From: Haplodiscus bocki
Taxonomy: Eukaryota
Direction of reading: 5' to 3'
NCBI GenBank assembly: GCA_965655095.1
Contig: OZ296651.1
Location: 5,642,001 to 5,706,000 of the forward strand
DNA length: 64,000 nucleotides
Position numbers and translations under genes: made by a program. The notes under the pieces are model-generated. The model saw only the letters and a list, made by a program, of their open reading frames with translations. It made no database searches and was not told the origin of the DNA. The stretch's first letter is position 1; every line of letters begins with the position of its first letter. Below are positions 1 to 12,167 of this stretch, in pieces.

Positions 1-1019
1 GATGCATCGATGTGTTAGTTGCGTAAACTTTTCAGAAGTAAAGATACGGTCCATGTCGGTTAGGAATAATTATTGAGAACAGCTGGAAGATATACACAAA
101 CAATCGCGAACTCTCCCTCGAAACATTTAACAATAGCGACGCGACATAGTGAAGGTTTAAATGAACAGCAACAAAATGGAGTTTCACCTTTCAATTTACG
201 GAGAGACTGAAAAACAATCTCTATCACTAAAAAATGTTCTCCATCGAAAATGAGTGGGCTATCGTAGTAAGAGTTTGGCTGTGACACGTCCAGAAAAGTC
301 AAATTGAGTCACCTCCAACATCAGGACAAACCAAACAAGATCAAATCTGCCAATCCATACCATGTCCACGTAGCGGTCAAGCGAAAAAAAAACGAAACTC
401 CCACTACAGGACTAGAACCCACAGCCTGCTACATAGGTGGTTAACGCCTTTCCCACTAGCTCACACGGCTCAACTTGTTCATCAGGCCTTCAAAGCTCCA
501 CGCCAACAGGCATCAAGATACGGCCTAACTCATCTCAAAAGAAAACAATAAAAAGGACTTGATATATCGCCATATCGAAGTGTTCGTAGCCTAACTAATC
601 CGAAGTAAAAATACGGTCCATATCGGTTAGGAAAAACTAATGAGAAACGCCGGAAGATATACACGAATACTTGCGAACCCGACGCAAAAACTGCGCATAG
701 TTTCCGAAAATTCAGGAACCACGAAAGCACTCTCGGAGAAATATTTGACAAAAGCGACTCGACATAGTCAAATTTGTAATGACCAGCAACAAAACGAAGT
801 TTAACCTTTCAAATTAAGGAGGGACTGAAAAACAATGTTTATCATTAGAGAATGTTCTCCATCGAAAATGAGTGAACTATCGTAGTGTAAGAGTGTGGCT
901 GTGATATTTCTAATTAAAAATCAGTTTACAGTCTCCTACAACAGCAGAGGAAACCATAATAGAACAGATTCTACCAATCCACACCATGTTCACGTAGCTG
1001 CAAACCAAAAACGTAGGAA

Positions 1020-1092
1020 CAGCCACGACAGGACTCGAATCCGCAATCTTTTACTTACGAGGCAGACGGCTTCTCCGTTAGGCCACGCGGCT
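1020..1092 (-). pseudogene. tRNA-Arg-derived pseudogene, anticodon drifted to CGT
   Basis: AGCCGCG TG GCCT AACGGAGA AGCC G TCTGC CTCGTAA GTAAA AGATT GCGGA TTCGAGT CCTGT CGTGGCT G. The acceptor stem is perfect; the D, anticodon and T stems each have one mismatch. Confidence 0.8.
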
Positions 1093-1636
1093 CACGTTCA
1101 GCATGCTTTCAAAGCTTCAAAAAAAACACGCATCAAGATGAGGTTCAACTCATTGCTAAGGAAAAGGAAAACAAAGATTTGATATTTCGCGGCATCGATG
1201 TGCTCGTTGCGTAAACTTCAGAATTAAATATACGGTCCATGTCGGTTAGGAAAAACTAATGAGAAGAGCAGGAAGGTATACACAAACACTCGCGAACCAG
1301 AGGCAAAAAGTGCGCAAGGTTTCCAAAAAATCAGGGACCACAAAAGCACTGTCCCTCGAAACATTTAACAATAGCGACTCGCAATAGTCAAGGTTGAAAT
1401 GAACAGCAACAAAAGGGTGTTTCACCTTTCAAATTACGGAGGTACTGAAAAACAATTTCTATCATTAAAGAATGTTCTCCATCGAAAATGAGTGAACTAT
1501 CGTAGTAAGAGTTTGGCTGTGACACGTTCAAAAAAATCAAATTGAGTCAACTCCAACATCAGGACAAACCAAACAAGATCAAATTTGCCAATCTATACCA
1601 TGTCCACGTAGCTGCCAAGCGAAAAAAAAAACGAAA

Positions 1637-1709
1637 CTCCCACTACAGGACTCGAACCCACAGCCTGCTACATAGGCGGCTAACGCCTTTCCCACTAGCT
1701 CACACGGCT
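1637..1709 (-). pseudogene. Highly diverged tRNA-Arg(CCT) pseudogene, left-array variant with loop CGCCTAT (also at 2864, 4098, 5325, 6553, 7782, 9009, 10236)
   Basis: AGCCGTG TG AGCT AGTGGGAA AGGC G TTAGC CGCCTAT GTAGC AGGCT GTGGG TTCGAGT CCTGT AGTGGGA G. It is colinear with the consensus. Acceptor, D and anticodon stems are broken and U33 is lost, but the B box and downstream T-run are intact. Confidence 0.8.
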
Positions 1710-2249
1710 CAACTTGTTCATCAGGCCTTCAAAGTTCCATGCAAACACGCATCAAGATACGCCCTAACTCACCTCAAAGGAAAACAAAGACTTGATATTT
1801 CGCGGCATCGATGTGCTCGTTGCGTAAACTAATCAGAATTAAATATACGGTCCATGTCGGTTAGGAAAAACTAATGAGAAGAGCAGGAAGGTATACACAA
1901 ACACTCGCGAACCAGACGCAAAAAATGCGCAAGGTTTCCAAAAATTCAGGGACCACGAAAGCACTGTCCCTCGAAACATTTAACAATAGCGACTCGCAAT
2001 AGTCAAGGTTGAAATGAAGAGCAACAAAAGGGTGTTTCACCTTTCAAATTACGGAGGGACTGAAAAACAATGTATATCATTAAAGAATGTTCTCCATCGA
2101 AAATGAGTGAACTATCGTAGTAAGAGTTTGGCTGTGACACGTTCAAAAAAATCAAATTGAGTCACCTCCAACATCAGGACAAACCAAACAAGATCAAATT
2201 TGCCAATCTATACCATGTCCACGTAGCTGCCAAGCGAGAAAAAACGAAA

Positions 2250-2322
2250 CTCCCACTACAGGACTCGAACCAACAGCCTGCTACAGAGGTGGCTAACGCC
2301 TTTCCCATTAGCTCACACGGCT
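2250..2322 (-). pseudogene. Highly diverged tRNA-Arg(CCT) pseudogene, left-array variant with loop CACCTCT (also at 4711, 5940, 7167, 8394, 9621, 10847, 11462)
   Basis: Same broken cloverleaf as 1637-1709 with the diagnostic plus-strand motif ctacagaggtggctaacg. It alternates with the CGCCTAT variant in the dimeric repeat. Confidence 0.78.
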
Positions 2323-3480
2323 CAACTTGTTCCTCAGGACTTCAAAGTTCCATGCAAACACGCATCAAGATACGGCCTAACTCATCTCAAATGAAAACAA
2401 CAAGGATTTGATAAATCGCGACATCAAAGTGTTCGTTGCGTAACTAATCCGAAGTAAAAATACGGTCCATATCGGTTAGGAAAAACTAATGAGAAACGCC
2501 GGAAGATATACACAAATACTCGCGAACCCGACGCAAAAAGTGCGCATAGTTTCCGAAAATTCAGGAACCACGAAAGCACTGTCCCTCGAAACATTTAACA
2601 ATAGCGACTCGCAAAAGTCAAGGTTGAAAAGAACAGCAACAAAAGGGAGTTTCACCTTTCAATTTACGGAGGGACTGAAAAACAATGTCTATCTTTGAAG
2701 AAGGTTCTCCATCGAAAATGAGTGGGCTATCGTAGTAAGAGTTTGGTTGTGACGCGTCCAAAAAAAATCAAATTGAGTCAACTCCAACATCAGGACAAAC
2801 CAAACAAGATCAAATTTGCCAATCTATACCATGTCCACGTAGCTGCCAAGCGAAAAAAACAAACTCCCACTACAGGACTCGAACCCACAGCCTGCTACAT
2901 AGGCGGCTAACGCCTTTCCCACTAGCTCACACGGCTCAACTTGTTCATCAGGCCTTCAAAGTTCCATGCAAACACGCATCAAGATACGCCCTAACTCACC
3001 TCAAAGGAAAACAAAGACTTGATATTTCGCGGCATCGATGTGCTCGTTGCGTAAACTATTCAGAATTAAATATACGGTCCATGTCGGTTAGGAAAAACTA
3101 ATGAGAAACGCCGGAAGATATACACGAATACTCGCGAACCCGACGCAAAAAGTGCGCATAGTTTCCGAAAATTCAGGAACCACGAAAGCACTCTCGCAGA
3201 AATATTTGACAAAAGCGACTCGACATAGTCAAATTTGTAATGACCAGCAACAAAACGAAGTTTAACCTTTCAAATTAAGGAGGGACTGAAAAACAATGTT
3301 TATCATTAGAGAATGTTCTCCATCGAAAATGAGTGAACTATCGTAGTGTAAGAGTGTGGCTGTGATATTTCTAATTAAAAATCAGTTTACAGTCTCCTAC
3401 AACAGCAGAGGAAACCATAATAGAACAGATTCTACCAATCCACACCATGTTCACGTAGCTGCAAACCAAAAACGTAGGAA

Positions 3481-3553
3481 CAGCCACGACAGGACTCGAA
3501 TCCGCAATCTTTTACTTACGAGGCAGACGGCTTCTCCGTTAGGCCACGCGGCT
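3481..3553 (-). pseudogene. tRNA-Arg-derived pseudogene (CGT anticodon), duplicate of 1020-1092
   Basis: Same sequence as 1020-1092 at the +2461 higher-order repeat offset. Confidence 0.8.
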
Positions 3554-4319
3554 CACGTTCAGCATGCTTTCAAAGCTTCAAAAAAAACACGCATCAAGAT
3601 GAGGTTCAACTCATTGCTAAGGAAAAGGAAAACAAAGATTTGATATTTCGCGGCATCGATGTGCTCGTTGCGTAAACTTCAGAATTAAATATACGGTCCA
3701 TGTCGGTTAGGAAAAACTAATGAGAAGAGCAGGAAGGTATACACAAACACTCGCGAACCAGAGGCAAAAAGTGCGCAAGGTTTCCAAAAAATCAGGGACC
3801 ACAAAAGCACTGTCCCTCGAAACATTTAACAATAGCGACTCGCAATAGTCAAGGTTGAAATGAACAGCAACAAAAGGGTGTTTCACCTTTCAAATTACGG
3901 AGGTACTGAAAAACAATTTCTATCATTAAAGAATGTTCTCCATCGAAAATGAGTGAACTATCGTAGTAAGAGTTTGGCTGTGACACGTTCAAAAAAATCA
4001 AATTGAGTCAACTCCAACATCAGGACAAACCAAACAAGATCAAATTTGCCAATCTATACCATGTCCACGTAGCTGCCAAGCGAAAAAAAAAACGAAACTC
4101 CCACTACAGGACTCGAACCCACAGCCTGCTACATAGGCGGCTAACGCCTTTCCCACTAGCTCACACGGCTCAACTTGTTCATCAGGCCTTCAAAGTTCCA
4201 TGCAAACACGCATCAAGATACGCCCTAACTCACCTCAAAGGAAAACAAAGACTTGATATTTCGCGGCATCGATGTGCTCGTTGCGTAAACTAATCAGAAT
4301 TAAATATACGGTCCATGTC

Positions 4320-7300
4320 GGTTAGGAAAAACTAATGAGAAGAGCAGGAAGGTATACACAAACACTCGCGAACCAGACGCAAAAAGTGCGCAAGGTTTCC
4401 AAAAATTCAGGGACCACGAAAGCACTGTCCCTCGAAACATTTAACAATAGCGACTCGCAATAGTCAAGGTTGAAATGAAGAGCAACAAAAGGGTGTTTCA
4501 CCTTTCAAATTACGGAGGGACTGAAAAACAATGTATATCATTAAAGAATGTTCTCCATCGAAAATGAGTGAACTATCGTAGTAAGAGTTTGGCTGTGACA
4601 CGTTCAAAAAAATCAAATTGAGTCACCTCCAACATCAGGACAAACCAAACAAGATCAAATTTGCCAATCTATACCATGTCCACGTAGCTGCCAAGCGAGA
4701 AAAAACGAAACTCCCACTACAGGACTCGAACCCACAGCCTGCTACAGAGGTGGCTAACGCCTTTCCCATTAGCTCACACGGCTCAACTTGTTCCTCAGGA
4801 CTTCAAAGTTCCATGCAAACACGCATCAAGATACGGCCTAACTCATCTCAAATGAAAACAACAAGGATTTGATAAATCGCGACATCAAAGTGTTCGTTGC
4901 GTAACTAATCCGAAGTAAAAATACGGTCCATATCGGTTAGGAAAAACTAATGAGAAACGCCGGAAGATATACACAAATACTCGCGAACCCGACGCAAAAA
5001 GTGCGCATAGTTTCCGAAAATTCAGGAACCACGAAAGCACTGTCCCTCGAAACATTTAACAATAGCGACTCGCAAAAGTCAAGGTTGAAAAGAACAGCAA
5101 CAAAAGGGAGTTTCACCTTTCAATTTATGGAGGGACTGAAAAACAATGTCTATCTTTGAAGAAGGTTCTCCATCGAAAATGAGTGGGCTATCGTAGTAAG
5201 AGTTTGGCTGTGACGCGTCCAAAAAAAATCAAATTGAGTCAACTCCAACATCAGGACAAACCAAACAAGATCAAATTTGCCAATCTATACCATGTCCACG
5301 TAGCTGCCACGCGAAAAAAACAAACTCCCACTACAGGACTCGAACCCACAGCCTGCTACATAGGCGGCTAACGCCTTTCCCACTAGCTCACACGGCTCAA
5401 CTTGTTCATCAGGCCTTCAAAGTTCCATGCAAACACGCATCAAGATACGCCCTAACTCACCTCAAAGGAAAACAAAGACTTGATATTTCGCGGCATCGAT
5501 GTGCTCGTTGCGTAAACTATTCAGAATTAAATATACGGTCCATGTCGGTTAGGAAAAACTAATGAGAAGAGCAGGAAGGTATACACAAACACTCGCGAAC
5601 CAGACGCAAAAAGTGCGCAAGGTTTCCAAAAATTCAGGGACCACGAAAGCACTGTCCCTCGAAACATTTAACAATAGCGATTCGCAATAGTCAAGGTTGA
5701 AATGAACAGCAACAAAAGGGTGTTTCACCTTTCAAATTACGGAGGGACTGAAAAACAATGTATATCATTATAAGTTTGTTCTCCATCGAAAATGAGTGAA
5801 CTATCGTAGTAAGAGTTTGGCTGTGACACGTTCAAAAAAATCAAATTGAGTCACCTCCAACATCAGGACAAACCAAACAAGATCAAATTTGCCAATCTAT
5901 ACCATGTCCACGTAGCTGCCAAGCGAAAAAAAAACGAAACTCCCACTACAGGACTCGAACCCACAGCCTGCTACAGAGGTGGCTAACGCCTTTCCCATTA
6001 GCTCACACGGCTCAACTTGTTCCTCAGGACTTCAAAGTTCCATGCAAACACGCATCAAGATACGGCCTAACTCATCTCAAATGAAAACAACAAGGATTTG
6101 ATAAATCGCGACATCAAAGTGTTCGTTGCGTAACTAATCCGAAGTAAAAATACGGTCCATATCGGTTAGGAAAAACTAATGAGAAACGCCGGAAGATATA
6201 CACAAATACTCGCGAACCCGACGCAAAAAGTGCGCATAGTTTCCGAAAATTCAGGAACCACGAAAGCACTGTCCCTCGAAACATTTAACAATAGCGACTC
6301 GCAAAAGTCAAGGTTGAAAAGAACAGCAACAAAAGGGAGTTTCACCTTTCAATTTACGGAGGGACTGAAAAACAATGTCTATCTTTGAAGAAGGTTCTCC
6401 ATCGAAAATGAGTGGGCTATCGTATAAGAGTTTGGCTGTGACGCGTCCAAAAAAAATCAAATTGAGTCAACTCCAACATCAGGACAAACCAAACAAGATC
6501 AAATTTGCCAATCTATACCATGTCCACGTAGCTGCCAAGCGAAAAAAACAAACTCCCACTACAGGACTCGAACCCACAGCCTGCTACATAGGCGGCTAAC
6601 GCCTTTCCCACTAGCTCACACGGCTCAACTTGTTCATCAGGCCTTCAAAGTTCCATGCAAACACGCATCAAGATACGCCCTAACTCACCTCAAAGGAAAA
6701 CAAAGACTTGATATTTCGCGGCATCGATGTGCTCGTTGCGTAAACTATTCAGAATTAAATATACGGTCCATGTCGGTTAGGAAAAACTAATGAGAAGAGC
6801 AGGAAGGTATACACAAACACTCGCGAACCAGACGCAAAAAGTGCGCAAGGTTTCCAAAAATTCAGGGACCACGAAAGCACTGTCCCTCGAAACATTTAAC
6901 AATAGCGACTCGCAATAGTCAAGGTTGAAATGAACAGCAACAAAAGGGTGTTTCACCTTTCAAATTACGGAGGGACTGAAAAACAATGTATATCATTATA
7001 AGTTTGTTCTCCATCGAAAATGAGTGAACTATCGTAGTAAGAGTTTGGCTGTGACACGTTCAAAAAAATCAAATTGAGTCACCTCCAACATCAGGACAAA
7101 CCAAACAAGATCAAATTTGCCAATCTATACCATGTCCACGTAGCTGCCAAGCGAAAAAAAACGAAACTCCCACTACAGGACTGGAACCCACAGCCTGCTA
7201 CAGAGGTGGCTAACGCCTTTCCCATTAGCTCACACGGCTCAACTTGTTCCTCAGGACTTCAAAGTTCCATGCAAACACGCATCAAGATACGGCCTAACTC

Positions 7301-10300
7301 ATCTCAAATGAAAACAACAAGGATTTGATAAATCGCGACATCAAAATGTTCGTTGCGTAACTAATCCGAAGTAAAAATACGGTCCATATCGGTTAGGAAA
7401 AACTAATGAGAAACGCCGGAAGATATACACAAATACTCGCGAACCCGACGCAAAAAGTGCGCATAGTTTCCGAAAATTCAGGAACCACGAAAGCACTCTC
7501 CCTCGAAACATTTAACAATAGCGACTCGCAATAGTCAAGGTTGAAAAGAACAGCAACAAAAGGGAGTTTCACCTTTCAATTTACGGAGGGACTGAAAAAC
7601 AATGTCTATCTTTGAAGAATGTTCTCCATCGAAAATGAGTGGGCTATCGTAGTAAGAGTTTGGCTGTGACACGTCCAGAAAAGTCAAATTGAGTCACCTC
7701 CAACATCAGGACAAACCAAACAAGATCAAATCTGCCAATCCATACCATGTCCACGCAGCGGTCAAGCGAAAAAAAAACAAACTCCCACTACAGGACTCGA
7801 ACCCACAGCCTGCTACATAGGCGGCTAACGCCTTTCCCACTAGCTCACACGGCTCAACTTGTTCATCAGGCCTTCAAAGTTCCATGCAAACACGCATCAA
7901 GATACTCCCTAACTCACCTCAAAGGAAAACAAAGACTTGATATTTCGCAGCATCGATGTGCTCGTTGCGTAAACTTCAGAATTAAATATACGGTCCATGT
8001 CGGTTAGGAAAAACTAATGAGAAGAGCAGGAAGGTATACACAAACACTCGCGAACCAGACGCAAAAAGTGCGCAAGGTTTCCAAAAATTCAGGGACCACG
8101 AAAGCACTGTCCCTCGAAACATTTAACAATAGCGACTCGCAATAGTCAAGGTTGAAATGAACAGCAACAAAAGGGTGTTTCACCTTTCAAATTACGGAGG
8201 GACTGAAAAACAATGTATATCATTATAAGTTTGTTCTCCATCGAAAATGAGTGAACTATCGTAGTAAGAGTTTGGCTGTGACACGTTCAAAAAAATCAAA
8301 TTGAGTCACCTCCAACATCAGGACAAACCAAACAAGATCAAATTTGCCAATCTATACCATGTCCACGTAGCTGCCAGGCGAAAAAAAACGAAACTCCCAC
8401 TACAGGACTCGAACCCACAGCCTGCTACAGAGGTGGCTAACGCCTTTCCCATTAGCTCACACGGCTCAACTTGTTCCTCAGGACTTCAAAGTTCCATGCA
8501 AACACGCATCAAGATACGGCCTAACTCATCTCAAATGAAAACAACAAGGATTTGATAAATCGCGACATCAAAGTGTTCGTTGCGTAACTAATCCGAAGTA
8601 AAAATACGGTCCATATCGGTTAGGAAAAACTAATGAGAAATGCCGGAAGATATACACAAATACTCGCGAACCCGACGCAAAAAGTGCGCATAGTTTCCGA
8701 AAATTCAGGAACCACGAAAGCACTGTCCCTCGAAACATTTAACAATAGCGACTCGCAATAGTCAAGGTTGAAAAGAACAGCAACAAAAGGGAGTTTCACC
8801 TTTCAATTTACGGAGGGACTGAAAAACAATGTCTATCTTTGAAGAATGTTCTCCATCGAAAATGAGTGGGCTATCGTAGTAAGAGTTTGGCTGTGACACG
8901 TCCAGAAAAGTCAAATTGAGTCACCTCCAACATCAGGACAAACCAAACAAGATCAAATCTGCCAATCCATACCATGTCCACGCAGCGGTCAATCGAAAAA
9001 AAAACAAACTCCCACTACAGGACTCGAACCCACAGCCTGCTACATAGGCGGCTAACGCCTTTCCCACTAGCTCACACGGCTCAACTTGTTCATCAGGCCT
9101 TCAAAGTTCCATGCAAACACGCATCAAGATACTCCCTAACTCACCTCAAAGGAAAACAAAGACTTGATATTTCGCAGCATCGATGTGCTCGTTGCGTAAA
9201 CTTCAGAATTAAATATACGGTCCATGTCGGTTAGGAAAAACTAATGAGAAGAGCAGGAAGGTATACACAAACACTCGCGAACCAGACGCAAAAAGTGCGC
9301 AAGGTTTCCAAAAATTCAGGGACCACGAAAGCACTGTCCCTCGAAACATTTAACAATAGCGACTCGCAATAGTCAAGGTTGAAATGAACAGCAACAAAAG
9401 GGTGTTTCACCTTTCAAATTACGGAGGGACTGAAAAACAATGTATATCATTATAAGTTTGTTCTCCATCGAAAATGAGTGAACTATCGTAGTAAGAGTTT
9501 GGCTGTGACACGTTCAAAAAAATCAAATTGAGTCACCTCCAACATCAGGACAAACCAAACAAGATCAAATTTGCCAATCTATACCATGTCCACGTAGCTG
9601 CCAAGCGAAAAAAAACGAAACTCCCACTACAGGACTCGAACCCACAGCCTGCTACAGAGGTGGCTAACGCCTTTCCCATTAGCTCACACGGCTCAACTTG
9701 TTCCTCAGGACTTCAAAGTTCCATGCAAACACGCATCAAGATACGGCCTAACTCATCTCAAATGAAAACAACAAGGATTTGATAAATCGCGACATCAAAG
9801 TGTTCGTTGCGTAACTAATCCGAAGTAAAAATACGGTCCATATCGGTTAGGAAAAACTAATGAGAAATGCCGGAAGATATACACAAATACTCGCGAACCC
9901 GACGCAAAAAGTGCGCATAGTTTCCGAAAATTCAGGAACCACGAAAGCACTGTCCCTCGAAACATTTAACAATAGCGACTCGCAATAGTCAAGGTTGAAA
10001 AGAACAGCAACAAAAGGGAGTTTCACCTTTCAATTTACGGAGGGACTGAAAAACAATGTCTATCTTTGAAGAATGTTCTCCATCGAAAATGAGTGGGCTA
10101 TCGTAGTAAGAGTTTGGCTGTGACACGTCCAGAAAAGTCAAATTGAGTCACCTCCAACATCAGGACAAACCAAACAAGATCAAATCTGCCAATCCATACC
10201 ATGTCCACGCAGCGGTCAAGCGAAAAAAAAACAAACTCCCACTACAGGACTCGAACCCACAGCCTGCTACATAGGCGGCTAACGCCTTTCCCACTAGCTC

Positions 10301-11600
10301 ACACGGCTCAACTTGTTCATCAGGCCTTCAAAGTTCCATGCAAACACGCATCAAGATACTCCCTAACTCACCTCAAAGGAAAACAAAGACTTGATATTTC
10401 GCAGCATCGATGTGCTCGTTGCGTAAACTTCAGAATTAAATATACGGTCCATGTCGGTTAGGAAAAACTAATGAGAAGAGCAGGAAGGTATACACAAACA
10501 CTCGCGAACCAGACGCAAAAAGTGCGCAAGGTTTCCAAAAATTCAGGGACCACGAAAGCACTGTCCCTCGAAACATTTAACAATAGCGACTCGCAATAGT
10601 CAAGGTTGAAATGAACAGCAACAAAAGGGTGTTTCACCTTTCAAATTACGGAGGGACTGAAAAACAATGTATATCATTAAAGAATGTTCTCCATCGAAAA
10701 TGAGTGAACTATCGTAGTAAGAGTTTGGCTGTGACACGTTCAAAAAAATCAAATTGAGTCACCTCCAACATCAGGACAAACCAAACAAGATCAAATTTGC
10801 CAATCTATACCATGTCCACGTAGCAGCCAAGCGAAAAAAAACGAAACTCCCACTACAGGACTGGAACCCACAGCCTGCTACAGAGGTGGCTAACGCCTTT
10901 CCCATTAGCTCACACGGCTCAACTTGTTCCTCAGGACTTCAAAGTTCCATGCAAACACGCATCAAGATACGGCCTAACTCATCTCAAATGAAAACAACAA
11001 GGATTTGATAAATCGCGACATCAAAATGTTCGTTGCGTAACTAATCCGAAGTAAAAATACGGTCCATATCGGTTAGGAAAAACTAATGAGAAACGCCGGA
11101 AGATATACACAAATACTCGCGAACCCGACGCAAAAAGTGCGCATAGTTTCCGAAAATTCAGGAACCACGAAAGCACTCTCCCTCGAAACATTTAACAATA
11201 GCGACTCGCAATAGTCAAGGTTGAAAAGAACAGCAACAAAAGGGAGTTTCACCTTTCAATTTACGGAGGGACTGAAAAACAATGTCTATCTTTGAAGAAT
11301 GTTCTCCATCGAAAATGAGTGGGCTATCGTAGTAAGAGTTTGGCTGTGACACGTCCAGAAAAGTCAAATTGAGTCACCTCCAACATCACGACAAACCAAA
11401 CAAGATCAAATCTGCCAATCCATACCATGTCCACGCAGCGGTCAAGCGAAAAAAAAAGAAACTCCCACTACAGGTCTCGAACCCACAGCCTGCTACAGAG
11501 GTGGCTAACGCCTTTCCCATTAGCTCACACGGCTCAACTTGTTCCTCAGGCCTTCAAAGTTCCATGCAAACACGCATCAAGATACGCCCTAACTCATCTC
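4320..11600. repeat. Higher-order repeat: about six copies of a 2-unit, 1226-1229-bp block
   Basis: Two unit types alternate. Offsets: 4950/6179, 7074/8301/9528/10754 and 7747/8974/10201/11427. Confidence 0.92.
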
Positions 11601-12094
11601 AAAGGAAAACAATAAAAAGGACTTGATAAATCGCGATATCGAAGTGTTCGTTGAGTAATTAATCAGAAGTAAAAATACGGTCCATGTTGGTTAGGAAAAA
11701 CTAACGAGAAACGCCGAAAGATATACACAAACACTCGCGAACCGGACGCAAAAAGTGGGCAAGGTTTCCAAAAATTCTGGGACCACGAAAGCACTCTCCC
11801 TCGAAACATTTAACAATAGCGACTCGCAATAGTCAAGGTTGAAACGACCAGCAACAAAAAGGAGTTTAACCTTTCAAATTACGGAGGGACTGAAAAACAA
11901 TGTCTATCAGTAAAGAATGTTCTCCATCGAAAATGAGTGAACCATCGTAGTGGGAGAGTGTGACTGTGACATTTCCAATTAAAAACCACTTTTGCTTCTA
12001 CTCCAACAGCAGAGGAAACCAGAAAAAAAAACAGATTCTGCCAATCCACACCTTGTCCCATGTCGACTTAGCTGCAAACCACAAAACATAGGAA

Positions 12095-12167
12095 CAGCCA
12101 CGACAGGACTCGAACCCGCAATCTTCTACTTAGGAGGCAGACGCCTTCTCCATTAGGCCACGCCGCT
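12095..12167 (-). tRNA. tRNA-Arg-CCT: tRNA-Arg(CCT), best-preserved copy (one G4:G69 acceptor-stem mismatch; may or may not be functional)
   Basis: Reverse complement folds as AGCGGCG TG GCCT AATGGAGA AGGC G TCTGC CTCCTAA GTAGA AGATT GCGGG TTCGAGT CCTGT CGTGGCT G. D, anticodon and T arms are fully paired (G:U allowed). U33, anticodon CCT, A20 and G73 fit Arg identity. A box TGGCCTAATGG and B box GGTTCGAGTCC are intact, with a T4 run about 9 nt downstream. Confidence 0.78.

Larger units (their letters stand above)
624..5568. repeat. Higher-order repeat: two copies of a 4-unit, 2461-bp block
   Basis: Identical or near-identical ORF-track entries at a constant offset of 2461 (895/3356, 1542/4003, 2157/4618, 2489/4950, 2722/5183). 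The junction falls in tcggttaggaaaaactaatgagaa at ~3085-3107. Confidence 0.92.

Noticed and set aside
2515-2575. Second B-box-like motif in the spacer (minus-strand GGGTTCGCGAGT), or a 5S/snRNA gene in the unit
   Set aside because: It lacks the GTTCGANNCC consensus, has no A box or cloverleaf, and I see no resemblance to 5S, U snRNA or SL RNA.
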